NCBI GenBank assembly: GCA_046328535.1
Contig: JAXLWJ010000023.1
Coordinates: forward strand, 9,186 to 73,185
Reading direction: 5' to 3'
From: Anaerolineae bacterium
GTDB taxonomy: Bacteria; Chloroflexota; Anaerolineae; Epilineales; JAHCIE01
DNA length: 64,000 bases
The first letter of the stretch is position 1, and every line of letters begins with the position of its first letter. Positions 25,654-34,589 of this stretch are shown here, piece after piece. The position numbers and the translations under genes were made by a program. Under the pieces are notes generated by a model. The model did not search any database. It worked only from the letters and a program-made list of their open reading frames with translations, and was not told the origin of the DNA.

Positions 25654-28083
25654 ATGGGTCACCTGGAGCATCTGCTTGATCTATGCCTCACCCAACTAAA
25701 CACGGGGAGCGTTGATCTAGAGACGGTCCTGGCGCAGTATCCCGCCGAGCGGGCTGCGCTGGAGCCGATGCTCCGTGCTGCCCTGGCGTTCCGCAACGCC
25801 CCCACCCCCCAGCCCACCCCTGAAGCCCGCGCCGCCGGCCAGCAACGTCTGCTTGCGGCCCTCATCGCTCGACTGCCAGCCGACGCCCTGGATGGGGCGC
25901 TGGCCGTTTTGCGTTCTGGCGCGCCTATTGACGAGGCCCTGGCCGGATCGCCCTATGCGGTCGAGCTGGCGCCGTTGGTGCAGCTGGCGCTGGAGATCGA
26001 GGCCACCCCACAGCCCCAGGCGCGCCCCGAGGCGCAGGCGGCCGGTCTGGCCCGCCTCATCGAGGCGGTCGAAACGCGCCGCCGCTACCTGATTAGCCTC
26101 GATTGGGCGCTGAGCCAGGTTCAGGCCGGCCTGACGGCCGACGCGGTGCTGGCCGACGCCGGCGCCGAAGCTGAGACGCTCGCGCCCGCCGTTCAACTTG
26201 CCGCCGCGATTGCCGCGACACCGCCCCCAACCCCCGACGCGCGCGCGAAGGAAATCGGCCTGGCCCGCCTCAAGGCGGCTGTCGCCGAGCGCAAGGCGCT
26301 CGAGCCGATGCTGGACGCGGCGCTGGCCCAGGTGCGGGCGGGCGCGATGGTGGAGGCGGCCCTGGCCCGCTATCCCGGGCAGGCGGCCGCGCTGAAGCCG
26401 ATGCTTCTGGCCGCGCTCGTCGTCGAGAAGACGCCTTTGCCGCAGCCGAGCGCCGAGGCGAAGACCGCCGGCCGCGCCACGCTGATGGCGCAGGTCGAGG
26501 AACGCCGCGCCTTCCGCGTGGCGCTGGATGGGGCGCTGGCCGACGTCCGCGCCGGTCAGACCGATATTGGCCTGATCCTGGCGCGCTACCCGGCCCACGC
26601 TGCCGAGATGGAGCCGATGCTCCTGGCCGCGCTGGCCGCGCAGTTGGCCCCCGCGCCGGCCCCGGCCGCGCGGGCGAAGGCGAGCGGCCGCACGCAGCTC
26701 ATGGCCGCTGTGGCGGCGAAGCGCAGCCAGGCCGTCGCCGAGAAGCTCGATATCGCCCTGGCCCGCATTCGCGCGGGCGAGGCGGCGGAAACCGTCCTGG
26801 CCGTCGAGCCAGCCTTCCGCGCCGAGCTAGAGCCGCTGGTCTTCGCGGCCCTGGCCGTCGAGCACACCCCGGTGCCGGTCGCCGATGTTGCGGCGCGGCG
26901 CGTCGGCGAGAAGCGACTGGTCGCCGCGGCGAAGGACCGCCGCCGGGCGCAGCAGCCCACGTGGGCGCCTCTCGCTGGCCTCCTCGCGCTCTTTACATCG
27001 CCACGCGGCGGCGTGCGCCAGGCGTTCATCGGCGCGATGGCCGTCGTCGTCATGCTCAGTGTTTCGCTGGTCGGCGTCACCCGCGCTGCCGCCAACAGCC
27101 TGCCCGATGAAGCGCTGTACCCCGTCAAGCTGGCGACCGAGCAGGTGCAGATCGCGCTCACGTCGTCGGCGTCGGCCCGCGCCCAGCTCCACGTCGCTTT
27201 TGCGCAGGAGCGCCTGCGCGAGGTGCAGGCGGCGACGGCCGCCGGCCGCGACCCGCAGCGCGCGCTCTCACAGCTCCCGCGCCATACCGACAGCGCCAAG
27301 GACCTGGCGAATCAGTTGCCCCAGGGTGAGCGCGACCGCATCGAGGCGCAGATTGACGTCGTGCAGCAACAGGAGCAGGTCATTCTGAAGGAAGTCGCGC
27401 CGCGCCTGTCGCCCGAGGCCCAGAGCATCGTGGCGAACCTGGCGCCGACGCCCACCCAGGCCGCACCCACGGCAACGGCCGCGCCCACGCAGCTCGCCCC
27501 GACGGGCGTGTCGGCTCAGGCCAGCAGCGCCGCCGCGAGCGCGCAGACCCTGGCGCCAACAGCAGCCCCCGCGCCGACCAAGCCGCCGGTCGCGAGCGCC
27601 GCGCAGCCTGCGGCCGCGCCACCGATTGCGCCCATCGAGCCTGTCGTACCGTCTGCGCCGACGTCCGCGCCCCAGCTCCCGCCCGCCGCGCCGCCCACAT
27701 CCGCGCCGCCGGCTCCGACGCTGGCCCCAGCGCCTACGTCCACGTCGGCGCCGCCGGTCGCCGTGGTCGCGCCGCCGTCGCGCTCCCAGCCGTCCTCTGC
27801 GCCGCCGGAGCCAACATCCGCGCCGCAGCCGACATCCGCGCCGCAGCCGACAGCCGGGCCGGTCGGGCCGACCGTCGCGCCGACACAGCCACCGCCGACG
27901 CCGGTTCCGGCGACCGCCACGCCGAAGCCCGCGGCGACCGTCATCGCTCCGCCGCCGGTCCGGCCCACAGCCCCGCCGCCGCCGCAGCCGACATCCGCGC
28001 CGCAGCCAACGTCCGCGCCGCCGCAGCCAACGTCCGCGCCGCCGCAGCCGACATCCGCGCCAAAGGCAACGGCCGCGCCCTAG
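25654..28083 (+). CDS. anti-sigma-factor-like membrane protein with a six-fold repeated cytoplasmic module, DUF5667-like region and P/T/A-rich tail
   Basis: 809-aa ORF immediately downstream of the ECF sigma. It has six ~70-aa repeats (LD.AL..VRAG......LA.YP..AA.LEPML.AALA.....P.P.P...A...G...L.A.V..R) and one TM helix (AFIGAMAVVVMLSVSLVGV, about 27021-27077). A ...LPDEALYPVKLATEQVQIAL... region and a low-complexity PQPTSAP tail follow. Confidence 0.75.
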   Translation: MGHLEHLLDLCLTQLNTGSVDLETVLAQYPAERAALEPMLRAALAFRNAPTPQPTPEARAAGQQRLLAALIARLPADALDGALAVLRSGAPIDEALAGSPYAVELAPLVQLALEIEATPQPQARPEAQAAGLARLIEAVETRRRYLISLDWALSQVQAGLTADAVLADAGAEAETLAPAVQLAAAIAATPPPTPDARAKEIGLARLKAAVAERKALEPMLDAALAQVRAGAMVEAALARYPGQAAALKPMLLAALVVEKTPLPQPSAEAKTAGRATLMAQVEERRAFRVALDGALADVRAGQTDIGLILARYPAHAAEMEPMLLAALAAQLAPAPAPAARAKASGRTQLMAAVAAKRSQAVAEKLDIALARIRAGEAAETVLAVEPAFRAELEPLVFAALAVEHTPVPVADVAARRVGEKRLVAAAKDRRRAQQPTWAPLAGLLALFTSPRGGVRQAFIGAMAVVVMLSVSLVGVTRAAANSLPDEALYPVKLATEQVQIALTSSASARAQLHVAFAQERLREVQAATAAGRDPQRALSQLPRHTDSAKDLANQLPQGERDRIEAQIDVVQQQEQVILKEVAPRLSPEAQSIVANLAPTPTQAAPTATAAPTQLAPTGVSAQASSAAASAQTLAPTAAPAPTKPPVASAAQPAAAPPIAPIEPVVPSAPTSAPQLPPAAPPTSAPPAPTLAPAPTSTSAPPVAVVAPPSRSQPSSAPPEPTSAPQPTSAPQPTAGPVGPTVAPTQPPPTPVPATATPKPAATVIAPPPVRPTAPPPPQPTSAPQPTSAPPQPTSAPPQPTSAPKATAAP

Positions 28084-28113
28084 CGAGACATCGAACTCGT
28101 TGCCGTTATTGCG

Positions 28114-28180
28114 CTGGCGCTGGAGAGCCATCTCCAGCGCCTTCTAGAGGCGGCGGAGTTGTCACTCCGCCGCCAGCAGG
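28114..28180. repeat. family-B hairpin pair (agccat-loop type + ttgtca-loop type)
   Basis: ctggcgctggagagccatctccagcgc and ggcggcggagttgtcactccgccgccagcagg. Confidence 0.8.
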
Positions 28181-28481
28181 GTCAGTCGTTTCCGGAAAAC
28201 GCGCACCGTAGGGACAGCAGAAAGGACCGTCAGTAGCGGCCACGCCGCGTGACGGTCCTCCGTTGCACTCCGCGCTCTGAAGATGAAGGAATGAGGCAGG
28301 ATCAGGTGGGTCCCGGCCGCCACGCACAAGGCACCCACCTGAAGGATGAGCGGAGCTGCACCTCCGAGGGACGAGGGGGGTAGAGAGTCACAGCGCCGTT
28401 CACGGTCATCATTATAGAAGCCTGCGTCTGCCCTGTCAAGCACCCACTCGCTGTTGTCACAGCTGGGTGCTTGATTGCTAT

Positions 28482-28510
28482 TTCCACGTCATATGGGAGG
28501 TCGCTATAAT
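28482..28510 (+). promoter_or_regulatory. candidate sigma-70-type promoter upstream of the lipoprotein/peroxidase pair
   Basis: TTCCAC - 17 nt - TATAAT, about 45 nt upstream of the ATG at 28556. Confidence 0.35.
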
Positions 28511-28555
28511 TGGGGTGGCGAACCCAGGGGGTTCGCCTGAAGAAAGAGTCTCAGC

Positions 28556-29038
28556 ATGACCTACCATACACGTTTTAGCCCCCACCGCTGGCGAGCGGCT
28601 GTCCTGGCGGCGCTGGCGGTGTTGTTGGCCCTGGCCGTGGCCGGGTGCAGCATGGGGAGCGCGCCGATGGCGTCTTCGTCGGCTGCGCCCCAGATTGACA
28701 CCAGCCGCACCCGCGCTAGCGACGCGGGCCTCTATCGCGCGACGATCACGCCTGCTGTGGATCCCGCACCCATCAACGAGATGCACACCTGGACGCTCCA
28801 TGTCGAGACGCCCGATGGCAAGCCCGTCGAGAATGCCCAGGTGAGCGTGGACGGCGGGATGCCGGAGCACGGCCACGGCCTGCCGACGCAGCCCAAAGTG
28901 ACGAAGTACCTGGGCAACGGCGATTACCTGGTCGAGGGGATGCGGTTCAACATGCCGGGGATGTGGCAGCTCAAGTTCAGGGTCACAGCGGGCGGGCAGA
29001 CGGACCAGGTGGTGTTCAACCTGGCGCTGCGCGGGTAG
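28556..29038 (+). CDS. lipoprotein with YtkA/FixH-like beta-sandwich domain
   Basis: 160-aa ORF with the lipobox LALAVAGC. Contains ...[35 protein letters not shown]...[20 protein letters not shown]..., typical of the YtkA-like domain. Confidence 0.7.
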   Translation: MTYHTRFSPHRWRAAVLAALAVLLALAVAGCSMGSAPMASSSAAPQIDTSRTRASDAGLYRATITPAVDPAPINEMHTWTLHVETPDGKPVENAQVSVDGGMPEHGHGLPTQPKVTKYLGNGDYLVEGMRFNMPGMWQLKFRVTAGGQTDQVVFNLALRG

Positions 29039-29039
29039 C

Positions 29040-30386
29040 GTGGAAGAGCATATCGTGCTGGCGGTGGAGAGCCATCTCCACCGCCAGCAGAGGGTCGCCA
29101 GGCTATTGCTCGGCGCGACCGAGCGGGCCATCCTGCTGCTGCTGACGGTCGTCATTCTCGGCAGCGCTGCCCTGGCGCTGGCGAGTTGCCGCGCCGAGAC
29201 GTCCTGGACGCCGGCCGAGAAAGACGCGCTCCGCGCCCTGTGGCTCGGCAGCCTCAACCCCCTGCCGCCTGACCCCTCCAACGCCGTCGCCGACGACGGG
29301 CGCGCGGTGGCCCTGGGCCACCAGCTGTTCTTCGATACGCGCTTCAGCAGCAACGGCCTGATCGCGTGCGCCTCGTGCCACGCGCCCGAGAAAGGGTTCC
29401 AGGACGGGCGGCCGCTCGGTGTCGGCGTCGGCGTGACGAACCGGCGGACGATGACGATCGTCGGGACGGCCTACAGCCCGTGGTTCTTCTGGGATGGCCG
29501 CAAGGACAGCCAGTGGTCCCAGGCGCTGGGGCCGATGGAGAGCGCCGTCGAGCACGGCGGCTCGCGCACGCAATACGCCCACCTTATCGCGCAGCACTAC
29601 AAGGCCGAGTACGAGAGCCTGTTCGGCCCGCTGCCGGACCTCTCGGACACGGCCCGCTTCCCGGCGCAGGCCGGCCCGGTGGACGACCCGGCGGCGAAGG
29701 CGGCGTGGGAGGCGATGGCGCCGGCGGACCGCGACGCCGTCAGCCGCGTGTTCGCCAACATGGGCAAAGCCATCGCGGCATACGAGCGCCAGATCATGCC
29801 GGGACCGTCGCGCTTCGACAGCTACGTCGCGGGCGTTCTGCAAGACGACGCGGCGGCGCAGAAGGCCCTCTCGCCCGACGAGATCGCCGGGCTGCGATTG
29901 TTCATCGGACGGGCCAACTGCACCCAGTGCCACAACAGCCCGCTGTTCACCAACAACAGCTTCCACGCGACGGGAGTGCCGGGCCGCCCCGGCCTGCCGC
30001 GCGATGTCGGGCGGGCGAAGGGCGCGCGCGACGTGCAGGGCGACGAGTTCAACTGCCTGAGCCAGTTCAGCGACGCCGGTCAGGCCGGCTGCCAGGAGCT
30101 ACTATTCATGACCGTCGGCGGGCCGGAGCTGATGGGACAGTTCAAACCGCCGACGCTGCGCAACGTGGCCGAGACTGCGCCCTATATGCACGCCGGCCAG
30201 TTCGCCACGCTCCGCGAGGCGCTCGATCACTACAACGCCGCGCCGGCCGGGCCGTTCAACCACACCGACCTCAAGCCCCTCAACCTGACGGAGAAAGAGC
30301 TGGGCCAGCTGGAGGCGTTTCTGCGCACCCTCAGCGGGCCGCTGGCGACTCCGCCAGAGCTGCTCAAAGCGCCCCCGCTGCCCTGA
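29040..30386 (+). CDS. di-heme cytochrome c peroxidase / MauG family protein
   Basis: Two CxxCH motifs (CASCH, CTQCH) and [11 protein letters not shown] at 29040, but the first ~20 codons are a family-B hairpin, so the true start may be the TTG at 29106, which would give signal peptide plus lipobox LALASC. Confidence 0.85.
   Translation: MEEHIVLAVESHLHRQQRVARLLLGATERAILLLLTVVILGSAALALASCRAETSWTPAEKDALRALWLGSLNPLPPDPSNAVADDGRAVALGHQLFFDTRFSSNGLIACASCHAPEKGFQDGRPLGVGVGVTNRRTMTIVGTAYSPWFFWDGRKDSQWSQALGPMESAVEHGGSRTQYAHLIAQHYKAEYESLFGPLPDLSDTARFPAQAGPVDDPAAKAAWEAMAPADRDAVSRVFANMGKAIAAYERQIMPGPSRFDSYVAGVLQDDAAAQKALSPDEIAGLRLFIGRANCTQCHNSPLFTNNSFHATGVPGRPGLPRDVGRAKGARDVQGDEFNCLSQFSDAGQAGCQELLFMTVGGPELMGQFKPPTLRNVAETAPYMHAGQFATLREALDHYNAAPAGPFNHTDLKPLNLTEKELGQLEAFLRTLSGPLATPPELLKAPPLP
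29058..29087. repeat. family-B hairpin, 12-bp perfect stem with 6-nt loop, inside the 5' end of the annotated peroxidase ORF
   Basis: ctggcggtggag-agccat-ctccaccgccag read directly. Confidence 0.85.
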
Positions 30387-30404
30387 CAGCCCACTGCCCC
30401 GCGC

Positions 30405-31490
30405 TTACGGCCCCGCCTTCAGGTGGCTGTCGAAGAAGGCGATGCTCCGCGCCATCATCGCGGTGTAGGCCGCCCCGCCAATGCCGAAGCTATGCCCCGC
30501 GCCGGGGTAGATGAACAGCTCCACATCCTTCCCATGGTCGCGCAGATCGGCGGCCAGGCGCGTCGCCCACCGCACGGGCGCCGTGTCGTCGGCCGTTCCG
30601 TGATGTATCTGGATCGGCGCCGTCACGTCGTCGAGGTAGCTACTTGGCGACGACAGGCGAAACGCCTCGCGGTCGCGCCAGGGGCTGAACGGCCCGTCGA
30701 ACAGGAACCAGCCGCCGGCCCACTTGGTGTTGATGAGGTTCCAGTTCTCCCACGTGTCCGCGCTCATGGAGCCGTACAACACGGCGGCGCGCACGTCCGA
30801 TGTGGCGACGAGGGCGCGCAGCGCCACCTCACCGCCCATGCTATGCCCGAACAGCCCGATGGCGTCGGGGCGCACGTCGGGCGTCGTCTTGAGGATGGCC
30901 GCCAGGTTGAGTACGTCAATGGCGTAGCCGGAGCGCATCGGGTTCGGCCCCTGCCCCGACGCGCCGTAGTTGCGGTAGTTGGGGTGGACGACGAGATAGC
31001 CGGCGCGGGCCAGGGCGTCGGCGTAGGGCGCGCTGTACGGCAGCAGGGTGTACGCGCCGGGCGCGACGAAGCCGTGGGCCACGATGACCGCCGGGTATGG
31101 CGGCGCAACCCCCTTTGGCACATCCATGAAGCCGGCGATGCTGATGTCGTCGCTGGGGTAGCGAATGGCGTAGCGCGTGAAGTCGTCGTTGTCCTCGATG
31201 ACCCGCAGCCGCTCGATGCTCCCGCCGCCATACGAACGCGCGCGCAGGTTCTCGATGAACGAGATACCCGTGGGGTCACCGACGACGGGGCCGGCGCTGT
31301 GGGCGGCCGGCGATGGGTCGCCGCCGTCGGCGTCGTCCGCCGGCCCCTGCGCCAGCGCGGCGGGGGTGAGCAGCGCGCTCACGGCAAAGAGACAGACCGC
31401 CGTTGCGAGAACCGCGAGCCATGTGGCGGCATGGCGCGGCACGAGAAACCCCCGCCGCGTTCGAGATGACGGTTTGCCGCGACACCCCAT
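30405..31490 (-). CDS. secreted alpha/beta hydrolase, S9-like peptidase/esterase
   Basis: 361-aa ORF with an N-terminal hydrophobic signal, the nucleophile elbow GHSMGG and ...IHHGTADDT...GAGHSF. Confidence 0.75.
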   Translation of the reverse strand: MGCRGKPSSRTRRGFLVPRHAATWLAVLATAVCLFAVSALLTPAALAQGPADDADGGDPSPAAHSAGPVVGDPTGISFIENLRARSYGGGSIERLRVIEDNDDFTRYAIRYPSDDISIAGFMDVPKGVAPPYPAVIVAHGFVAPGAYTLLPYSAPYADALARAGYLVVHPNYRNYGASGQGPNPMRSGYAIDVLNLAAILKTTPDVRPDAIGLFGHSMGGEVALRALVATSDVRAAVLYGSMSADTWENWNLINTKWAGGWFLFDGPFSPWRDREAFRLSSPSSYLDDVTAPIQIHHGTADDTAPVRWATRLAADLRDHGKDVELFIYPGAGHSFGIGGAAYTAMMARSIAFFDSHLKAGP

Positions 31491-31652
31491 CTGGTCTTCC
31501 CCTCCTCCGACGTACCATTACAGATGACACGTCGGCGCAGAGACGGCTCGTATGTGTACCATGAATTCGCCCCTGTTCTCTGAAGCGTCCAGCCAGCTAA
31601 CTCTACGACATCGTCACCTCCTTTGTCAACTCACAGCAAGCGTTTCAGGCCC

Positions 31653-31681
31653 TTGACAGGACGCGCGGGTTGGAGTATTGT
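31653..31681 (+). promoter_or_regulatory. candidate promoter of the hyp operon
   Basis: TTGACA - 17 nt - TATTGT, about 57 nt upstream of the hypC ATG. Confidence 0.45.
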
Positions 31682-31738
31682 GTAGACGGCCCACCCTCGA
31701 CTCTCGCGGCCGAGTTGGACGAGCAGGAGGACTGGCTT

Positions 31739-32017
31739 ATGTGTCTCGGCATTCCTGGGCAGGTGAAAGAGATCTACGACGTCGGCGGCATCCCGATGGG
31801 CAAGATAGACTTCGCGGGCATCACGAAGGAAGTCTGCCTGGCTTACGTACCCGACATCCAGGTCGGCGACTACACGGTCGTCCACGTCGGTTTCGCCATC
31901 ACCCAGCTCGACGAGGAGTCGGCGCTGGAGTCGCTGCGCCTTTTCGAGGAGATCGGGCGCCTCGAAGAAGAGCTGAACCCTGAGGCGGCCGGTGGCGAGG
32001 CGGGAGGCGCGGCATGA
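31739..32017 (+). CDS. hypC: hydrogenase maturation chaperone HypC
   Basis: ORF 31670..32017 trimmed to the ATG at 31739, giving MCLGIPGQV... The essential Cys2 is present. Confidence 0.9.
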   Translation: MCLGIPGQVKEIYDVGGIPMGKIDFAGITKEVCLAYVPDIQVGDYTVVHVGFAITQLDEESALESLRLFEEIGRLEEELNPEAAGGEAGGAA

Positions 32018-33129
32018 AGTACCTGGACGAGTTCCGCAATCCGGAGATTGCCGAGCGCCTGTTCCAGGACATTCGCGCCATCACCACCCGCCCCTGGGCC
32101 ATCATGGAGGTGTGCGGCGGTCAGACCCACTCCATCATCCGCAACGGCATTGACCAGCTGCTCCCGCCCGAAATCGAGCTGATTCACGGCCCCGGCTGCC
32201 CGGTGTGTGTCACACCGCTGGCGATCATAGACAAGGCGCTGGCGATTGCGGCGCGGCCAGGCGTCGTCTTCTGCTCCTTCGGCGACATGCTCCGCGTGCC
32301 GGGTAGTGGCAAGGACCTGTTCCGCGTCAAGAGCGAGGGCGGCGACGTGCGCATCGTCTACTCGCCCCTCGATGCCGTCAAGCTGGCCCAGACCCACCCC
32401 GACCGCGAGGTCGTCTTCTTCGGCATCGGCTTCGAGACCACCGCCCCCGCCAACGGGATGGCGGTCTACCAGGCCGACCGCCTCGGCCTGCGCAACTTCT
32501 CCATGCTCGTCTCCCACGTCCTCGTCCCACCCGCGATCTCGGCGCTCATGGAGTCGCCCACGAACCGCGTCCAGGCGTTTCTCGCCGCCGGCCACGTGTG
32601 CAGCGTCATGGGCTACTGGGAGTACGAGCCGCTGGTCGCGCGCTACCGCGTTCCCATCGTCGTCACCGGCTTCGAGCCGCTGGACGTGCTGGAGGGGGTG
32701 CGGCGCGCTGTCGCGCAGCTCGAGGCGGGCCGCGCCGAGATGGAGAACGCCTACCCGCGCGCGGTGCGCCGCGAGGGCAATGCGCCGGCGCAGAAGATGC
32801 TGGCCGACGTGTTCGAGGTGACCGACCGCGCCTGGCGCGGCATCGGGGTGATTCCCCAGAGCGGCTGGCGGCTGGCCGACCGCTACCGCGCCTACGACGC
32901 CGAGGCGCGCTTCGACGTGGGCGACATCCGTACCCAGGAATCGCCCCTCTGCCACAGCGGCGAAGTACTCCAGGGCCTCCTCAAGCCGACGCAGTGTCCC
33001 GCCTTCGGCAAGGAATGCACGCCGCGCACCCCGCTGGGCGCGACGATGGTCTCCAGCGAAGGCGCGTGCGCCGCCTACTACCAGTACGGTCGCTTCATCC
33101 CGGCCGACATCCCCCTGGCCCGCCCATGA
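32014..33129 (+). CDS. hypD: hydrogenase maturation protein HypD
   Basis: 371-aa ORF reading MKYLDEFRN..., ...MEVCGGQTH..., GPGCPVCV. Confidence 0.92.
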   Translation: MKYLDEFRNPEIAERLFQDIRAITTRPWAIMEVCGGQTHSIIRNGIDQLLPPEIELIHGPGCPVCVTPLAIIDKALAIAARPGVVFCSFGDMLRVPGSGKDLFRVKSEGGDVRIVYSPLDAVKLAQTHPDREVVFFGIGFETTAPANGMAVYQADRLGLRNFSMLVSHVLVPPAISALMESPTNRVQAFLAAGHVCSVMGYWEYEPLVARYRVPIVVTGFEPLDVLEGVRRAVAQLEAGRAEMENAYPRAVRREGNAPAQKMLADVFEVTDRAWRGIGVIPQSGWRLADRYRAYDAEARFDVGDIRTQESPLCHSGEVLQGLLKPTQCPAFGKECTPRTPLGATMVSSEGACAAYYQYGRFIPADIPLARP

Positions 33130-34184
33130 CCAGCGCGATTGACTTCGACACCTGGGCCTGCCCGGCCCCGCTGCGCAGCTACCCCACCATTGTCATGGGG
33201 CATGGCGGCGGCGGGCGGCTGTCGAGCGAGCTGGTGGAGCACCTCTTCGCGCCGGCGTTCCGCAACGCGGCGCTGGACACGCTGGGCGACGCGGCCGTCG
33301 TCCCGACCGACGCGGGGCGGCTGGCCTACACGACCGACTCGTTCGTCGTGCGCCCGCTCTTCTTCCCCGGCGGCAACATCGGCACGCTGGCGGTGAACGG
33401 CACGGTCAACGACCTGGCCATGATGGGGGCGCAGCCGCGCTTCCTGACGGCGGGCTTCATTCTAGAGGAAGGCTTGCCCCTGGCGACGCTCGGCCTCATT
33501 GTGGAAGCGATGGCGGCGGCGGCCGGGGTGGCGGGCGTGCAGATCGTGGCGGGTGACACGAAGGTGGTTGACAGGGGCCACGGCGACGGCGTCTACATCA
33601 ATACGAGCGGGATCGGCGTCGTGCCGGAGGGCGTATCGCCTGCGCCGAACCGCGCCGCGCCGGGCGACATTGTCATCGTCAGCGGCGACCTGGGCGTACA
33701 CGGCATCGCTATCCTGAGCGTCCGCGAGGGTCTCGAATTCGGCGCGCCGCTCGCGTCGGACTGCGCCCCCCTCAACGGCCTCGTGACGGCGATGCTCACC
33801 GTCACGCCGGACATCCACGTCCTGCGCGACCTGACGCGGGGCGGGCTGGCGACGGCGCTCAACGAGATTGCCCGCGCGTCCGGCGTCGGCATCCGCTACG
33901 ATGAGCGGCGGCTGCCGGTACCGACGGCGGTCGCGGCGGCGTGCGACATGCTCGGCATGGACCCGGTCTACGTCGCCAACGAGGGCAAGCTGGTCGCCCT
34001 TGTGCCGCCGTCGGCCGCCGACCTCGTGTTGGAGGCCATGCGCTGGCATCCCCTCGGCGCGCGCGCCGCCATCATCGGCGAGGTGACCGAGCAGCATCCG
34101 GGCGTCGTCGTTGCCCGCACGGCCATCGGCGGCAGCCGCGTCGTAGACTTGCAGATCGGCGAGCAGTTGCCGCGCATCTGCTAG
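33126..34184 (+). CDS. hypE: hydrogenase maturation protein HypE
   Basis: ORF 32598..34184 trimmed to the ATG at 33126 (ATGA overlap with hypD). AIR-synthase-like fold and the C-terminal ...PRIC motif. Confidence 0.9.
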   Translation: MTSAIDFDTWACPAPLRSYPTIVMGHGGGGRLSSELVEHLFAPAFRNAALDTLGDAAVVPTDAGRLAYTTDSFVVRPLFFPGGNIGTLAVNGTVNDLAMMGAQPRFLTAGFILEEGLPLATLGLIVEAMAAAAGVAGVQIVAGDTKVVDRGHGDGVYINTSGIGVVPEGVSPAPNRAAPGDIVIVSGDLGVHGIAILSVREGLEFGAPLASDCAPLNGLVTAMLTVTPDIHVLRDLTRGGLATALNEIARASGVGIRYDERRLPVPTAVAAACDMLGMDPVYVANEGKLVALVPPSAADLVLEAMRWHPLGARAAIIGEVTEQHPGVVVARTAIGGSRVVDLQIGEQLPRIC

Positions 34185-34190
34185 GCATTC

Positions 34191-34589
34191 ATGCACGAGT
34201 TGGCCGTCACGCAAGGCATTCTCTCGGTCGCGCTGGAGGCGGCGGCCCGCGCCGGGGCGCAGCGCATTGACGCGATTGACCTGGTCATCGGCGACCTGGC
34301 GAGCATCGTGGACGACTCGGTGCAGTTCTACTTTGATATCCTGGCGCGCGGCTCGCCCGCCGAAGGGGCGGCGCTGCGCTTCCGCCGCGTCCCGGCCGAG
34401 GCCCACTGCTTCGCGTGCGGCGCTGAGTTCGCCGTCGGCGCGACGCTCCTTGAGGCGTGTCCGCGGTGTGGTAGCGGGCAGCTCCTCGTCACGGGCGGGC
34501 GCGAGTTCTACGTGGAGAGCATCGAGGTGGATAATGAAGATTCCGGTCGTGCAAGAGATTCTGAGCGCCAACGAGAGCCAGGCGGATGA
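34191..34589 (+). CDS. hypA: hydrogenase nickel insertion protein HypA
   Basis: Starts MHE... and has the zinc motifs CFACG...CPRCG. Its 3' tail overlaps the hypB start. Confidence 0.88.
   Translation: MHELAVTQGILSVALEAAARAGAQRIDAIDLVIGDLASIVDDSVQFYFDILARGSPAEGAALRFRRVPAEAHCFACGAEFAVGATLLEACPRCGSGQLLVTGGREFYVESIEVDNEDSGRARDSERQREPGG

Noticed and set aside
27441-28080. A highly repetitive Pro/Thr/Ser/Ala-coding DNA (cagccgacatccgcgccg units), considered as a separate gene or a non-coding satellite.
   Set aside because: It is in frame with, and continuous with, the anti-sigma-like ORF and has no internal start context. I treat it as a low-complexity extracellular tail.
34534-34589. The 56-nt overlap between the hypA 3' end and the hypB start, considered as a frameshift or fusion.
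   Set aside because: HypA is complete through its second CxxC and ...IEV end. HypB has its own ATG with a normal N-terminus. The overlap is just a late stop in a stop-poor sequence.
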